A DNA stretch of 64,000 bases from the NCBI GenBank assembly GCA_030141605.1, contig JAQGDQ010000898.1, positions 1 to 64,000 of the forward strand, in the 5' to 3' direction. Each line of letters opens with the position of its first letter. Positions within the stretch are counted from its first letter, which is position 1. Under the pieces are notes generated by a model, which was not told the DNA's origin, searched no databases, and worked only from the letters and a program-made list of their open reading frames with translations. This document shows, one piece after another, positions 27,037 through 41,234 of the stretch. The stretch comes from Tubiluchus corallicola (lineage: Eukaryota > Animalia > Priapulida). The translations under genes were made by a program, and so were the position numbers.

Positions 27037-28940
27037 AAGTAAAATAACTACTAATAACACACATTAATTCCTAATGACAAAAATAGCGACAATACTGAAT
27101 AAAAAGAGTAAAAATCACAAAAGAGCAGAAACGTTTCACCACTGTAGTTCTTCGGTTAACTAACAAAAAACCTAAAACAAAAAAACTCCCCAAAATTGGT
27201 TCAATGGTTACAGTAATTCTTCGTGATAAGTTTTCTCTTATTGTCTTAGTTTCTGGTTAAAGGAAACTGCTACTCTTTTGGATGCTGTTCATGTTGAGGA
27301 TGCCCTTTTGAAAAAAATAACAGTTAAGGTTGCCCTTTTGAAAAAAACAAGAGTTAAGATTCCGTGAATTTTCAATGGATAGTACAATTTCATACGAATA
27401 TACTAGAATATACTCCGCACGAAGTGATTAAGCGGGTCTCGATCTGCCATTTTGATTTCAAGATGGCTGCGATAACATAATTTTCAAGTGCCATGAGAAT
27501 TTTGCATCAAGTACGAAGCCTGACTTTTGATACGAAGTATTCGAATTCAAGATGGTGGCAATAACATCTTTTTCAAAAAATCTATACAGTTCAACCAATT
27601 TTCGAAGGACCGTCATGCAACCTTATACGAGTATAGTAGAATGAATTCTGCATCGAAGGGCATCGTCAAATTTTCGGTTTGCCATCGTGAATTCGAGATG
27701 GCGATACTGAAGTCGTTTCTAAAAAATATAAAAAGCTAAACGTAAACCTGCGAATGAATACGCTAGAACATATTTCGTGCATCTATTGGCTGAGTCAGGT
27801 TTTTGATCCACAGTCTTCTGTGAGAACTCGACCAACAGTTTGAGCCGAACTCGTTTCTTCACTTGAAGAACTGTAGTAGTAGTTTTTACACTTTTTTCCA
27901 TAGAGATACAGTTTCTTCATCCGATAGAACTATGGTTCTTTAATTTTACCTTGCTTTGGAATAAGCATTTTCACAGTTTCGTTGCCATTACACGCGCATT
28001 TGCTGTAAGTCAAAGGTCAAGTGCACCATAGCAACGCGTCTTAACTACAACCGTCACGTGACATGCGAGTAAAGCAAAGCCTACTGCCGCGTCAGTTCAG
28101 TAGCGGCAATTTTTTTACGTGGACTTTACTTAATCATGCATTAGTCTGTGCGTAAAGTGATTTACTAGCAGGACCTTGCTAGGGAACAAGAAAAAATCAA
28201 CTAGGCAACGTTCTAGCTAGTTGTTAAAACTGTTACTATTGCAATAGCTTGGGCTACGAGGTTTGTTAGGTGTACACAAATGCGTTGTCTGGTGCACTTA
28301 ACCTTTGACTTTTTCACGATCATCATCAATCGCTGGAACCGTGAAAAGACTTACTGTGGAATTTTCTTATTTCCACTTTTATAGTCAAACAACTTTATTT
28401 CGCACATTTTTTTCAAACTTATTTTTAAAACCCGATGATCTTCCCCTTTAAGCTGCCATCAAGTACAGCCTTGGAGCCATGTTGCCGTGTTTACCAGTAT
28501 GGTGTATATCAGAGAAGACACAAACAGACAGATTGAGGAGCTCCAGCTTTGACAGATCACACGCGGCGAGTGATGACGTCAAATGTAATCAAATTACTAA
28601 ACAGCATTTAACTCTTTGGCAACAGCCCAACTGCAGAAATGCACACTTTCTGGGGCGAGCCTAACTTCAAGTGGCTTGCACATATCCCTATAACATGACT
28701 GTATGGGTCGCAGAAGTGACATATCATGACGTAGTAAAATTAAACTTTTTTAACACAAACTACTTATACCAAGTTTATTACTTCCACATTATATTATGAA
28801 TGCAAGTATTTTGTAGAAACTCCATTCACCTATGGAAATAGGTGAAATTGATACAAATAGTGAGATCTTCGAAAATCTATTTAAGCAGCTACTAACAATT
28901 AGTGAATTCCACAATCATAAGATATCAAAAAAAACAGAAC

Positions 28941-29395
<455 letters not shown>

Positions 29396-31316
29396 CTCAT
29401 TAAAAAGGCGGGTATAGCTAGCTGTCTACAAAGCCCAATGTTGAACTAATAAACGATGCATACCTTTAATCAATCAATCACTGCAAAACGGCTTCACAAG
29501 AGCAAATTTCCAACAGGGAAACTGACACTTGGGTACGAAACAAAGAAATTTATCTGCTCCCGGTTACACTGAAATGATTACACCGTCCAATAAATTTCGC
29601 TTGAGACAGAGGCAGAGTTATATATCACAGTCTCACAAACAGACGCAGAGCAATTATACACGAATTCGAGTTCACTTTCTAATCTTCAGCTGCTGCTGCT
29701 GCTGCTGCAAGTCTTGTTGACTCAATGTAATTGCAGCTTTCTAAACGCTTGGTGGGGTGCGCACGCCTCTTCACATCACAACAACCTCTGTCATAAAAGA
29801 GGCAATTACCCAGCCATAATTGAGACTCCTGTCAGACTGGTTCCACCCAGGTGTGAAAAAATGTCAAGGTGTGATTAAGATCGAGCAGAGCACGTAACCT
29901 GCAGCCATCTGGCGGCCAGCGACAGAGTTACGCCGCAAGGACCGTCCATCCGAGTTCTGCCGAGGTACTTTGTAGGCCCATGTAAGTGGAAATCTAGTCA
30001 GTTAATGTAAGTTCAATGGCTGGATAAAACACTTCATGAAACGCTCTGTTACTCACTCACACAGCCGGAAAAGTAAGGGCGTGTTTACAAACTAAACGCA
30101 GCTAAGACACCTCTGCTGGTTCAGTGGCTCGTCTGAGAGGATTATCTTTGATAATGCGCCTGGTCTTACCATATAAACGTTAAGTAGGCCCTGTCACTGA
30201 CAAAACAAGTGATACTGAGTGTTAAAATTCTTAACCCCATTTGTACATACATGCACAACACATAAATGCACATTGTTCTCTTGTGTTAATGTTATGATCA
30301 AATTCATCGTTTAGGAGCCACTAATCTTTACTGATTTTACCGATTCGCTCAAAATGCGCTCAAATAGATTTGGGTTACTTTTAGGGGCTCCCTCTAAAAA
30401 ACGGCTCCAGCAAAAAAACTTAAGAGTGACCAATAAATGATCTCAAACAGTTTATCAATGTATCCCAGCCACTCAAACTGTTTGTACGCAAGAAGTAACA
30501 TGAACTGCCCTCTATCAGCTCCCGCGCAGTAGATGTGTGCACCTATAGACTCAAAGTGATCAGTAGTTTTACACTAACCGTGTCCAGTTGTATACTCTTG
30601 TTTATGGCATTACATTGCATCGCATCGCATCACATCACATCACATCACATTATATTATATTATTATATATATATAATTAACATTAATATATATTATAATA
30701 TATAACATATATGCATTAGTATATATAATATATATACTTCGAAAAAAAATAAAATTATATGTTATACAATTATATATATATATATATAATAAATATATAT
30801 TATATATACCACCGAATTTAATATATACAATTTATTTATTAAAGTACATACTATAAAGGTCATATTTCATCAACATTATGTTTGAAGCATTGCAAGCGCG
30901 TGACCACTGACCAGTGTTAAACGTTAAGTCGACTGATTCTGATGCGAGCGCGAAGTTGTTGAGAAATTTTGATCATGACAAACGACTTGTTAGCGGCTTA
31001 ACGCGTTCTCGCAAAATTATTCATTGTAATTTGAAGATGGGCAGTATTAACGAGTTTAATGCATTTTGATGAAGGCCATTAGATGAGATTAGCAAACAGA
31101 CAAATGACATTTATGACGAGATATTGTTCGGCAGGGGAGAAAGGAGGTGGTAATTTATCAAATCTGTGGGTCCGGACCTTTGGTTTGATGTATAGATCGT
31201 CGAAAATGGTGCCGTCCTTGGAGCTGTAGCCTCGTCGGTTATATATGTATATATATATATATATATATTATTTATTAATGTATATTATATATGCATTAAT
31301 ATATAATTATTATATT

Positions 31317-31445
31317 ATATGTTATGTTATGTTATGTTATGTTATGTTATGTTATGTTATGTTATGTTATGTTATGTTATGTTATGTTATGTTATGTTAT
31401 GTTATGTTATGTATGTTATGTTAAGTTATGTTATGTTATGTTATA
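31317..31445. repeat. (TTATG)n pentanucleotide repeat within AT-rich tract
   Basis: Direct reading. Confidence 0.93.
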
Positions 31446-31799
31446 TTATATATATTACATTATATGTTATATTATATATATTATATATAATATATATGCA
31501 TTAGTATATATCTATATATATATATATATATATATAGATATAGATATATACATATAATATATATATATATATATAATAATATTATACGAGGCTACAGCTC
31601 CAACGACGACACCTTTTTCGACGATCTATACATATATATATATAATTATATATTATATATACTTCCGAAATTAATATATACGATTTATTTATTAAAGTAC
31701 ATACTATAAAATTTAAATGCATAAAACAATAAAATATGCACAATAATAAACAAGACAGATGAAAATAGATACGGGAGAGGTGCAAAGAGTTAACCTACT

Positions 31800-31965
31800 A
31801 CTTACACGTGTCTGCAGAAATACAAATGTTTTGAAAAGTCAATTTTCATGAATTTTTGACTAAATCGTTTACTGGTGGCGACATTTGCCAGTGGAGACCC
31901 ATTTACATGTTCAGGAAGAGAATTCCAGGACTTGATTACTCTATTGGTAAACGAATGTTGAGCTA
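31800..31965 (-). mobile_element. CR1-group LINE C-terminal remnant
   Basis: HSFTNRVIKSWNSLPEHV...IDFSKHL motif. Confidence 0.6.
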
Positions 31966-32150
31966 CAGTCGATACAGATCGATTTACATAGTTTGTTACA
32001 ATGATCACTAGAAATTCTAGGAGCGTGGGTAAAAAATTCATTTCTATCTAAGTCATTTTCCTTATAAATAATAATGTAGCACATTTTTAGGATCATAATG
32101 AATTCTTCTCTCTTCTAATGGCAACATATTCAAAGCTAAAAGTCTGTTAA

Positions 32151-32608
32151 CCCTTTCATACCCGTTGTATCCCGTGAGATACGAGAATATTTTCTGCCTT
32201 TAAAATTATTAAAATTTTAAAAATGACTGTTATTTGATCTGTTAATAGTTATTTTGACTTAAGCCAATAACAATAGACTAAAAATGGTGATAAAATGGTG
32301 ACTAGAAAATCTACACAGCATAAAAAACTGTGCAAGGTACAGTACGTTAGAGATGACTTTGTACAGATCAGCATAGCATGCATACTAAATGTCTTAAATA
32401 CTTAAAAAATTATCAGCAGTTGCAAAATGAAGCACATTTTATGCTTCCATTAAATCCCAATGTATCCCGTGGGATACAGGCTATATTTAGCACGCGGGCA
32501 CAGGTAGAAAAAAAATAATTATTATGTGTAAACAAGATGGACATACTGAGCAAAAGTAAAAAGCCAAAAACTTTTTCTTATTAAAAAAATAATTTGGGAC
32601 TGAAAGGG
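32151..32608 (-). mobile_element. TTAA MITE family A, copy 5
   Basis: Intact TIRs and TTAA TSD. Confidence 0.88.
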
Positions 32609-33559
32609 TTAAGGGTAATTCTCTGCGCTTATGATCTTATGTATAATGCGCACCAGTAAAGGAAAATAGTGAATTTCTTTAATGTTATTAATTCATCAAA
32701 ATGAATGAAGTCAACGGAAGACAGCGACTTATCAATTGTAGAAAACACTGCGCTTTATTCCGCCACCATGACAGTTATACGAGCAGCGCGATTAAATTTT
32801 AATGAAAGCAATTTCGAGGCAAAACGCTCGAGGGGCTGTGACTGATTTTCCACCAATTAGAGATAATTAGATAAGCAGAGACGGGAACGAGTTAGCAGCT
32901 ATTACAACACGAAGCCATCGGAAACCTGCAACAGTTTACAGGCAGGGAATTTAGCTGGCAACACAACAACATTAATGCACACATGACATGCAACCACTCA
33001 GCGACAAGTATTCCAACAGTAATAGCAGATGTGGAAATTATTTTCCCTTTAGGGAACGAGATGTATATAGGATGCATATAATCATCACCCTCCTTACACG
33101 GGGAGAAACAAAATCTAAAGGCCTGTTCTGGTTTTCTTCTGTAACCCCAGAATTAATATTGTTTAAACACAAAATGGCGCATATGCAGCTGCAGCACAAA
33201 GCCATTAAATTGACAAAGTGAAACAAACGCTAAAAAGTGATAAAAATGACATATTCTCTCTGTCCCACTAAATACATAGCACTGAATATACAGCACTTTA
33301 GACAAATGTTCAAAAGTCCTGGAAAACCGTAATGAACCTGAATTTTATTTAAACACCCCTGAAACACTGACGTCACACAATAATAAGCATTTAATTTTGT
33401 CTTAAGTACAACTTGTGATTTGTGTGTGTTTTTAACTTACTCTATTAATGGTGTAGCAATAATTCCCCTAGTTGCCTCAGCACAGCTATAGAAATACAAA
33501 ACTGATTCGATAACGCTAAAATTACTCAAGAAAATAAGCCTATAGTGTTGCCTGTTCAT

Positions 33560-34105
33560 GAACCTAGCCACTGGGGGGGGGGGGGGGCAAGCCAGCCCAA
33601 CTGAGTGCCGGTTCCAAGCCCGGATAAATAGGGAGGGTTAGGGTCAGGAAGGGCATCCGCCTGTAAAAACTGCGCCAAAACATTCTATGAATGAGTCGGT
33701 GAGACGTAAAGGTAAAGTCCACAAAGAAGTGGTCAGACCCGCTCTAATCTATGGGCTGGAAGCAGCTTCTCTAAAGAAGACCGAAGAGAAGGCAATGGGT
33801 GTGGTGGAGACGAGGATGTTGAGATGGATGGTGGGAATAACAAGAAGAGATAAAATTAGAAATAATAATATCAGAGGAACAGTAAAAGTAGTGGAAGCCT
33901 CGCAAGATTGCGATGGTATGGACACCTGAAAAGAAGAGTCGGTGAAGATCATGTGGGAAGGGAAGACATAAATGAAGAGATGGTCAACAACAGGAATGCG
34001 TGGAGAAGACTCATTCACAACGGCGACCCCGCATAGGGAAAAGCTGGGAAGAAGAAGAAGAAGAAGAAGAAGAAGAAGAAGAAGAAGAAGAAGAAAAAGA
34101 AGAAA
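33560..34105 (+). mobile_element. Bipartite non-autonomous RTE-clade retroelement
   Basis: RTE 5'UTR motif GGTCAGGAAGGGCATCCG joined to the ORF end KGKVHKEVVRPALIYG...RMLRWMVGITRRDKIRN; 3' GGCGACCCC and (GAA)n tail; 16-bp TSD AGTGTTGYCTGTTCAT. Confidence 0.88.
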
Positions 34106-34256
34106 AGTGTTGTCTGTTCATAATGACAACTGAACAGCCGCTTCACAATCGACAACAGAAGAACAAAGCACCTCTATAAAACATTTTATTAAACCTTTTA
34201 CTAATAAACTGCTAAAATTCCCAAGTGACGTGACACCAAAACGAAACTCAACTCAC

Positions 34257-34953
34257 CTCTTTGTAGCACTGGACAATCACGTCCAGTTCCTCGGCCTTCT
34301 GCATAACTAAACCTCCCTTTGCATACTCCTCTAACTACCTCTGCACTGCAGCGTGGCCTGGGACTACTGGCACAACCTGCAAAACTAGCTCGAGTTCTTG
34401 GGAGGCCTCCATTTAATTGTGGCAATCCTGACACCGAATTAGAGAAACGTTTGCCGAGGGCACGAGCGCCTTCAAGATGATTTTGGTTCAGACATTTGCG
34501 ATTGTCCGGTTTTACTGAAGGATCTGTGAGAACTGGTTTTCCCGAAGGCAGCAGAAACCCCGCATCGACGGCATCTTGATCAACGTAGGTTACATCCTCC
34601 ATGTCCTTTGACAGTTTTGCATCTTTCACTTTGGCAGCCAGTACGTCGTTGATTGTCACCTTATCTTTGACTTTGCAGGTGGAACTTAACGAACTTCTAG
34701 AGGAATAGTTGGACTCCTGCTCGCAGCTTGAGGAGTTTTCTGAAATTTCATCAAGATCGCAGAAGTCTGCATATAAGTCGTTCTCAGCACAAGAACCTTC
34801 GGGTAGACCACGAACTCGAGATTGCTTATTGTCCTTATTGGATTTCGCACGCGTGGCGCCATCTTCATCACCTTCTTCATTGATGACACGCAGTCCGGCT
34901 GCCTTGGCCTTCTGACGCAACTTTCTGAAAGACTGTCGCAGTGCACCAGGCAT
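34257..34953 (-). CDS. MAGI: Probable alternative first coding exon of MAGI (232 codons, novel N-terminus MPGALRQSFRKLRQKAK...)
   Basis: Long non-repetitive ORF from ATG ending at a consensus donor AGAG|GTGAGT in phase 1, compatible with the GK exon acceptor at 14534; CpG-rich upstream region. Confidence 0.7.
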
Positions 34954-36054
34954 TCCTCAATGGCAGTTTTTGTCGCCCACGATGCAGTATCTTAGAAATA
35001 CAAGTGGCGTATCCCGTACGGGTCAGAAATATACCTTTGTGACTGTTTCCACAGTTCAAACATTCAAACAGCATTTATGAATGTAATTTGACATGATCAA
35101 TGTTGCAACAAAGGCGGCTGGAGTCTTATACTACTGCTTCTCTGTAGGCAAAAACAGACATTCGTCCACGAAGTCAGAAAACGCATTTACTCGCCTGACT
35201 GTGAGCAGATGGATTAACTAAACTCGGTAGCGCATTCTTGGAAAAACCCACCATCCACCAAATGCAACGACAGTTACTTTTTAAGTCAATGAAGAACCGG
35301 CGTTACATTCAATTCGGAATGAACATGAAGCCAAACATCCTGCATTCTCGGCGGTCGTTTCTTTCGAATTACCAGCACATCTGGTACAGGGACTACCGAG
35401 CCACGAGGTTTTACGGTCAAAACACGTGCTGAAAAATAGCGGAAAATTGCAAACAGCCTGCAAAAATACCCGTCCCTTGTGAGGGAGCCACCGCGGCAAC
35501 GTCACAGCACTGCATGGTCATATACAGGCCAGGTCATCAACACCTTCAAGTCAAGAAAATAGAAAGTATAAGACGAAACAGTAACGAGCAGAAGCAACGA
35601 TGACAACAACAGAGTTGACGGCGACAACACCAACAATATCGGTATTAACAAACGCAGCAAAAATATTAAAATCCCAGGTGCAAAAACGAAGATCAAACAT
35701 ACAGTACAGTAACAAGGGCAAAAAGCGACTGTATCAAAAACTGGCTTCAGAAATCCTTCAGACGGGAACTAGCAAAAACCAGACTAACTTAGTACATATT
35801 AGTCTATACTAATAAAAGTCTATACTATACAAAGACATGAGAAGTTTGTAAGAAGATAAGAAGACAGGCAAGCAAAGAGATATAGTATCATGGGCTATAT
35901 AGGTAAATTAATAATGAGCCCTGGAAGGTACGAGCGCCAATATGCCTTCTCTGTCTCAGTAATCATATCCCTCCAATGAAATCTGCATATACGAAGCTAA
36001 ACAAGGACCTGTACAGGATGGAAACTTGCTCACCGACCACAAAGCTTCGCCGAT

Positions 36055-36330
36055 GCACATTGAAATCATATTGAAATCACATTGAAATCATATTAAAATC
36101 ACATTGAAATCACATTGAAATCATGTTGAAATCACGTTGAAATCATATTGAAATCACATTGAAATCATATTGAAATCATGTTGAAATCACATTCAAATCA
36201 TATTGAAATCATATTGAAAACATATTGAAATCACATCGAAATCACATTGAAATCATATTGAAATCACATTGAAATCACATTGAAATCACGTTGAAATCAT
36301 ACTGAAATCATATTGAAATCATATTGAGAT
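36055..36330. repeat. 11-bp minisatellite (TTGAAATCAYA), about 25 units
   Basis: Direct reading. Confidence 0.92.
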
Positions 36331-38154
36331 CTATTAAAACCAGTTTCTTTAAATTAATGTGGTCACGTGTAGTTTAGAAGGACACAAATATTTTGTCAGA
36401 ATTTTGACGACATACAAACTTGTGAGAACCTCAGAAGCTTTTCAGTCCATATACGTGATTACTTTACTTAAACAATCTAATCTTAATTAAGTTAATTCAC
36501 TACCTATAGTTGTGCAGTATAATTTCCAGTCAATTGCTTTTCTCCAGGGCTTGCCTATCTTTTCGTGATATCTCGGGTGTGGGCCCAGCATGGAAACGCC
36601 CCAGCAGGCGGCGCTAACATAAACAATAACATGTTTAATAACCCAGGAAAACATAAACAAGTTCAGCTAGAAAGACGCCATGAGAACAACTGCATGGAAG
36701 AAAATTTAAAGTTACAAAAAACACACTTTCACGCCCTAGTAACACGTGAAAGAGGAGGTCAATAAATCAGCAGCATCCGTGATTATATGGGGACGTGCAG
36801 AAATTGTACATCAGTTACCATCAATCAACGTAAAGATGAAATTTGATTCGTATGAGAAATGATATCAGCCGAACCATGGATTTGAATCAGAGAATACGAT
36901 ACGTCCAGCTGCTCAACGCATTCTCCAACTTTCTTAAAACTCTTCTCCACTTATGATGTCTAGCAATTATTTTACAAAACTCTTCCTCAAGTCACATCTG
37001 TCTACTAAATGGGAGTAAAACGATGTTAATGACCATTTAAAATGTATTTTATACAAGTCATTTATACAAGCACTTTATACAGTTCCACGTACTGTAAACC
37101 AGAGTTCAACAACCAACGGCAAGACCTACTTTTTTATAGCAGAAGACTGTGACGGGACCGGAATCTAAGATATTCCACCGGGCCACTAGCACAAAAATCC
37201 TCTGCTACAGCAATGAATTCAGGAAGGGCTCCCTTTGCTTGAAAAACTTATATAAAGTTATAAAAATCTAAGTGCACATTGAAGGTCATCATTACAACTT
37301 TCAACTAGCAAAAAGAAATCATTGCAAACAAAGATTTTGCTTGGAGCTTCAAAATGTGCAAACGGCTTAACATCAAGAAATCAGCTGAAATTGCCGTGCT
37401 AAAGAACAACCTTCCTCAGAAACTTTATTGAAGTGTAAATAAAACATGACAAGCAGCGAAAGAGCCCTGAGCACTTGACATTTCCTTCAAAGAGAAAACA
37501 GAAGAGAAGACCTTTTTCTAAACGAAGCTGAGATGAAATGTTTTAGCACAAGACATCCATACTGACGAACTCTTGCAACAGGTAAAGATCAAAGTTGAAC
37601 CACTTGAGAACGACAGAGTTAACCAGCAGGCAACGAACGCGCTGCATTGCACTTCGCGTAATTATACATTTATGCAGTACTAAACGCAACAACAGCTGAA
37701 GACACGTGTGGAAAAATTCAGTAAACTGCTTCACAGCTGTCGATTCTATTCACTCACAAGTTGTTCGGATTTTTGGATGCACATTTTCGGAATCCGGGTC
37801 AAACCGTTGCTAAACCGAGTAATCTCGACGCTTCGCACAAAAAATAAGAAGATTTAGTGAGATGTTTCCTGGGGTATTACGAGTAATCACTGAGAGGAGA
37901 GAAAGGAAGCCAAGTTAGATGGAGAAATGAGGGACAAAGTGGAAATTTCATGAAGGCAAAGACTTCAACATTGAAAAAAGATAGATCAAGGACACGAAAC
38001 GCAAGAAAAACAGAAGGCGGACGATTGAGAGGGGTGCAAAGAGAAATCGAAAAGGAAGGAAAAGAAAAGATACAAAAGAACAAGAAGGCAGAGGGACGGA
38101 GAGAGGGGAAGAGAAAAGAACAAAAACGAGCAAAAAGGCGCTGATTAGAAAAAC

Positions 38155-38156
<2 letters not shown>

Positions 38157-38201
<45 letters not shown>

Positions 38202-38210
38202 AAAGGAGAG

Positions 38211-38299
<89 letters not shown>

Positions 38300-38320
38300 G
38301 AGAGAAAGAGAGAGAGAGAG
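38157..38320. repeat. (GA)n microsatellite
   Basis: Direct reading. Confidence 0.93.
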
Positions 38321-38860
38321 CTTCCAAAACTTCAGAACTGATAAACCTCGATACGAAAAATAGAAGAAATCACCACAGAGGGTATCCAATGATAACAATT
38401 CACACCATCCACTGAGACAAGAATTATATCTCACACTTCCACAACTCGGTGAAAACAACAAAACAACTCAGTCCTGGTGGCACACAACAGCTTTAGATAG
38501 GAGCATCCGTCCTGACACTACACACTGTCCAAACTGAACAAGCTCAGCTGAACGCTGAAACCCACACCTCCTGGACCAGGACGAGGAGATTGTTGACATG
38601 TGTTTGCCTCCAGGGGGCACGACGGATGATAGCCAGAACTCAAACAACGCCAGCCAGTCATTCTCTTATTCAAACTCAGCGTGAAGAAACCTCACACTCA
38701 ACTCCACGCTGTTCTTGAAAGGTTGCCTGAGTTGGTTGTTTCATTACGCAACAGCCCGAATGATGGAAGCAAGTCAGCTGGCAAATGTTAATGAGGTATT
38801 AATGACTTTTAATTGCTCAACATTAATAATTAAACCCATACACCACTAACTGAAAATTAT

Positions 38861-39318
38861 CCCTTTCAGTCCCAAATTATTTTTTAATAAGAAAAATTTT
38901 TTTGGATTGGTACTTTTGCTCAGTATGTCCATCTTGTTTACACATAATAATTATTTTTTCCTACCTGTGCCCGCGTGCTAAATATAGCCTGTATCCCACG
39001 GGGTACATTGGGATTCAATGGAAGCATAAAATGTGCTTCATTTTGCAACTGCTGATAATTTTTTTAAGTATTTAAGACATTTAGTATGCATGCTATGCTG
39101 ATCTGTACAAAGACGTCTCTAAAGTACTGTACCTTGCGCAGTTTTTTATGCTACGTAGATTTTCTAGTTTGCCATTTTATCACTATTTTCATTCTATTGT
39201 TATTGGCTTAAATCAAAATAACTATTAACAGATCATATAACTGTCAGTTTTAAAATTTTATTAATTTTAAAGGCAGAAAATATTCTCGTATCCCACGGGA
39301 TACAACGGGTATGAAAGG
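38861..39318 (+). mobile_element. TTAA MITE family A, copy 6
   Basis: Full body; flanks mutated. Confidence 0.83.
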
Positions 39319-39521
39319 AATATAATACACTCTGTAAGGTAGAGGCTTAAGCATTATCTTAAAACTATCTTTAATACAAAACCTGGAATCGAATTAAACA
39401 AAAAGCAGACGCTACGTCCACGGGTACGTGATACAAATACGTGAAAGACAATACTAACAAATAACAGGATATCAACACAACAGGAAAGAAACAACAATTC
39501 CCAATTCCTAATACAGAATTC

Positions 39522-39640
39522 TATGGTGAAAAAGCTTTCTCTGCCTGTGCTCCGCATCTCCGGAATAGCTTACCTGTTGCTATACGTTCTAAAATTCATC
39601 AAATGGTTTTAATCAACATCTTAAAACACATTTGTTTAAA
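39522..39640 (+). mobile_element. L2-like LINE C-terminal remnant
   Basis: Translates to GEKAFSACAPHL.NSLPVAIRS ... QHLKTHLFK. Confidence 0.6.
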
Positions 39641-39679
39641 TTGTTCATTTTAATTTTTTTTAAATTAATTTAAAAACCA

Positions 39680-40428
39680 GCATGTTGGGTTTATTTTACT
39701 TTCATGACTTAAACTGTTTGTGGTGTGCTAAAGGAAAGAACAAGTCACTCAGTACGTTGGGTTTATTTTACTGTTATGACTTAAACTGTTTGTGGTGTGC
39801 TAAAGGAAAGAACAAGTCACTCAGCATGTTGGGTTTATTTTACTGTTACGACTTAAACTGTTTGTGGTGCGCTAAAGGAAAGAACAAGTGGCTCAGTATG
39901 TTGAGTTTATTCTACTGTTATCACTTAAACTGTTTGTGGTGTGCTAAAGGAAGAAACAAGTCGCTCAGCATGTTGGGTTTATTTTACTGTTACGACTTAA
40001 ACTGTTTGTGGTGCGCTAAAGGAAAGAACAAGTCGCTCAGTATGTTGGGTTTATTTTACTGTTATCACTTAAACTGTTTGTGGTGTGCTAAAGGAAGGAA
40101 CAAGTCGCTCAGCACATTGGGTTTATTTTACTGTTATGACTTAAACTGTTTGTGGTGTGCTGGAGGAAAGAACAAGTCACTCAGCATGTTGGGTTTATTT
40201 TACTGTTATGACTTAAACTGTTTGTGGTGTGCTAAAGTAAAGAACAAGTCACTCAGTACGTTGGGTTTATTTAACTGTTATCACTTAAACTGTTTGTGGT
40301 GTGCTAAAGGAAAGAACAAGTCACTCAGTACGTTGGGTTTATTTTACTGTTATGACTTAAACTGTTTGTGGTGTGCTAAAGGAAAGAACAAGTCACTCAG
40401 CATGTTGGGTTTATTTTACTGTTATCAC
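39680..40428. repeat. 72-bp minisatellite, about 10.5 units
   Basis: 24-codon periodic ORF (MLGLFYCYDLNCLWCAKGKNKSLS). Confidence 0.95.
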
Positions 40429-40707
40429 AAACTTAGAAAAATATAATAGAAATTCGCAACAAACTATCTATAAAACATAAATGTTCGGGCGTGGTGGCTG
40501 TCGCCATTCACTTGAAAATCATGACTTAACTAGGAGACTTCGTGACTTTTCGTAAGCGCGTCGTAGCTTTCCGTTAGCGCGCGCTGCTTACACTAGTTCA
40601 AACTTCTGCAGCTTACCAAATGTTCACACAGCAATATTACAAAATTACCAAATTTTTACAAAATATTACAAAAATCTAATTACTCTGTAAAAACTTTATT
40701 ATACTTT

Positions 40708-40710
<3 letters not shown>

Positions 40711-40800
<90 letters not shown>

Positions 40801-40812
40801 AAGAGAAAGAGA
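40711..40812. repeat. (GA)n microsatellite
   Basis: Direct reading. Confidence 0.92.
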
Positions 40813-41234
40813 TTAGCTAAAATATACAATTAAAATGGCCACACTTTCTCCCACACTTCACTAGCTGTACATTCATCCTCGTCATGTTGTTATTTCTTGT
40901 GTTTGTACAAACGCTCTTCAAACTCTAGAGTCTTTACAATGATGGTGGAACCGCAAGTCTTAAGTAAGTAGCATCGCTCTGTTTCACGTCAATGAAACTT
41001 TTCCTTTCTTTGCCACAATTTCAGGTTTGTAGTTTTTAAAGTTCTTTCAACAGTTTTTTTTGGCCAGATTAAAAACAGCGTTACAAATCAGTGAACAATT
41101 TCCGTTCTTTGCACTTTCAGTACCCCGCGTTTTTTTTTCTAAATTTTCCAACCCGTTTTGGTCAGTTCACGCCCTTCTACAATTAGCAGAAAATCCTTAT
41201 TTAGCTAATTAACCGATGGGTAATAACGGCACAT

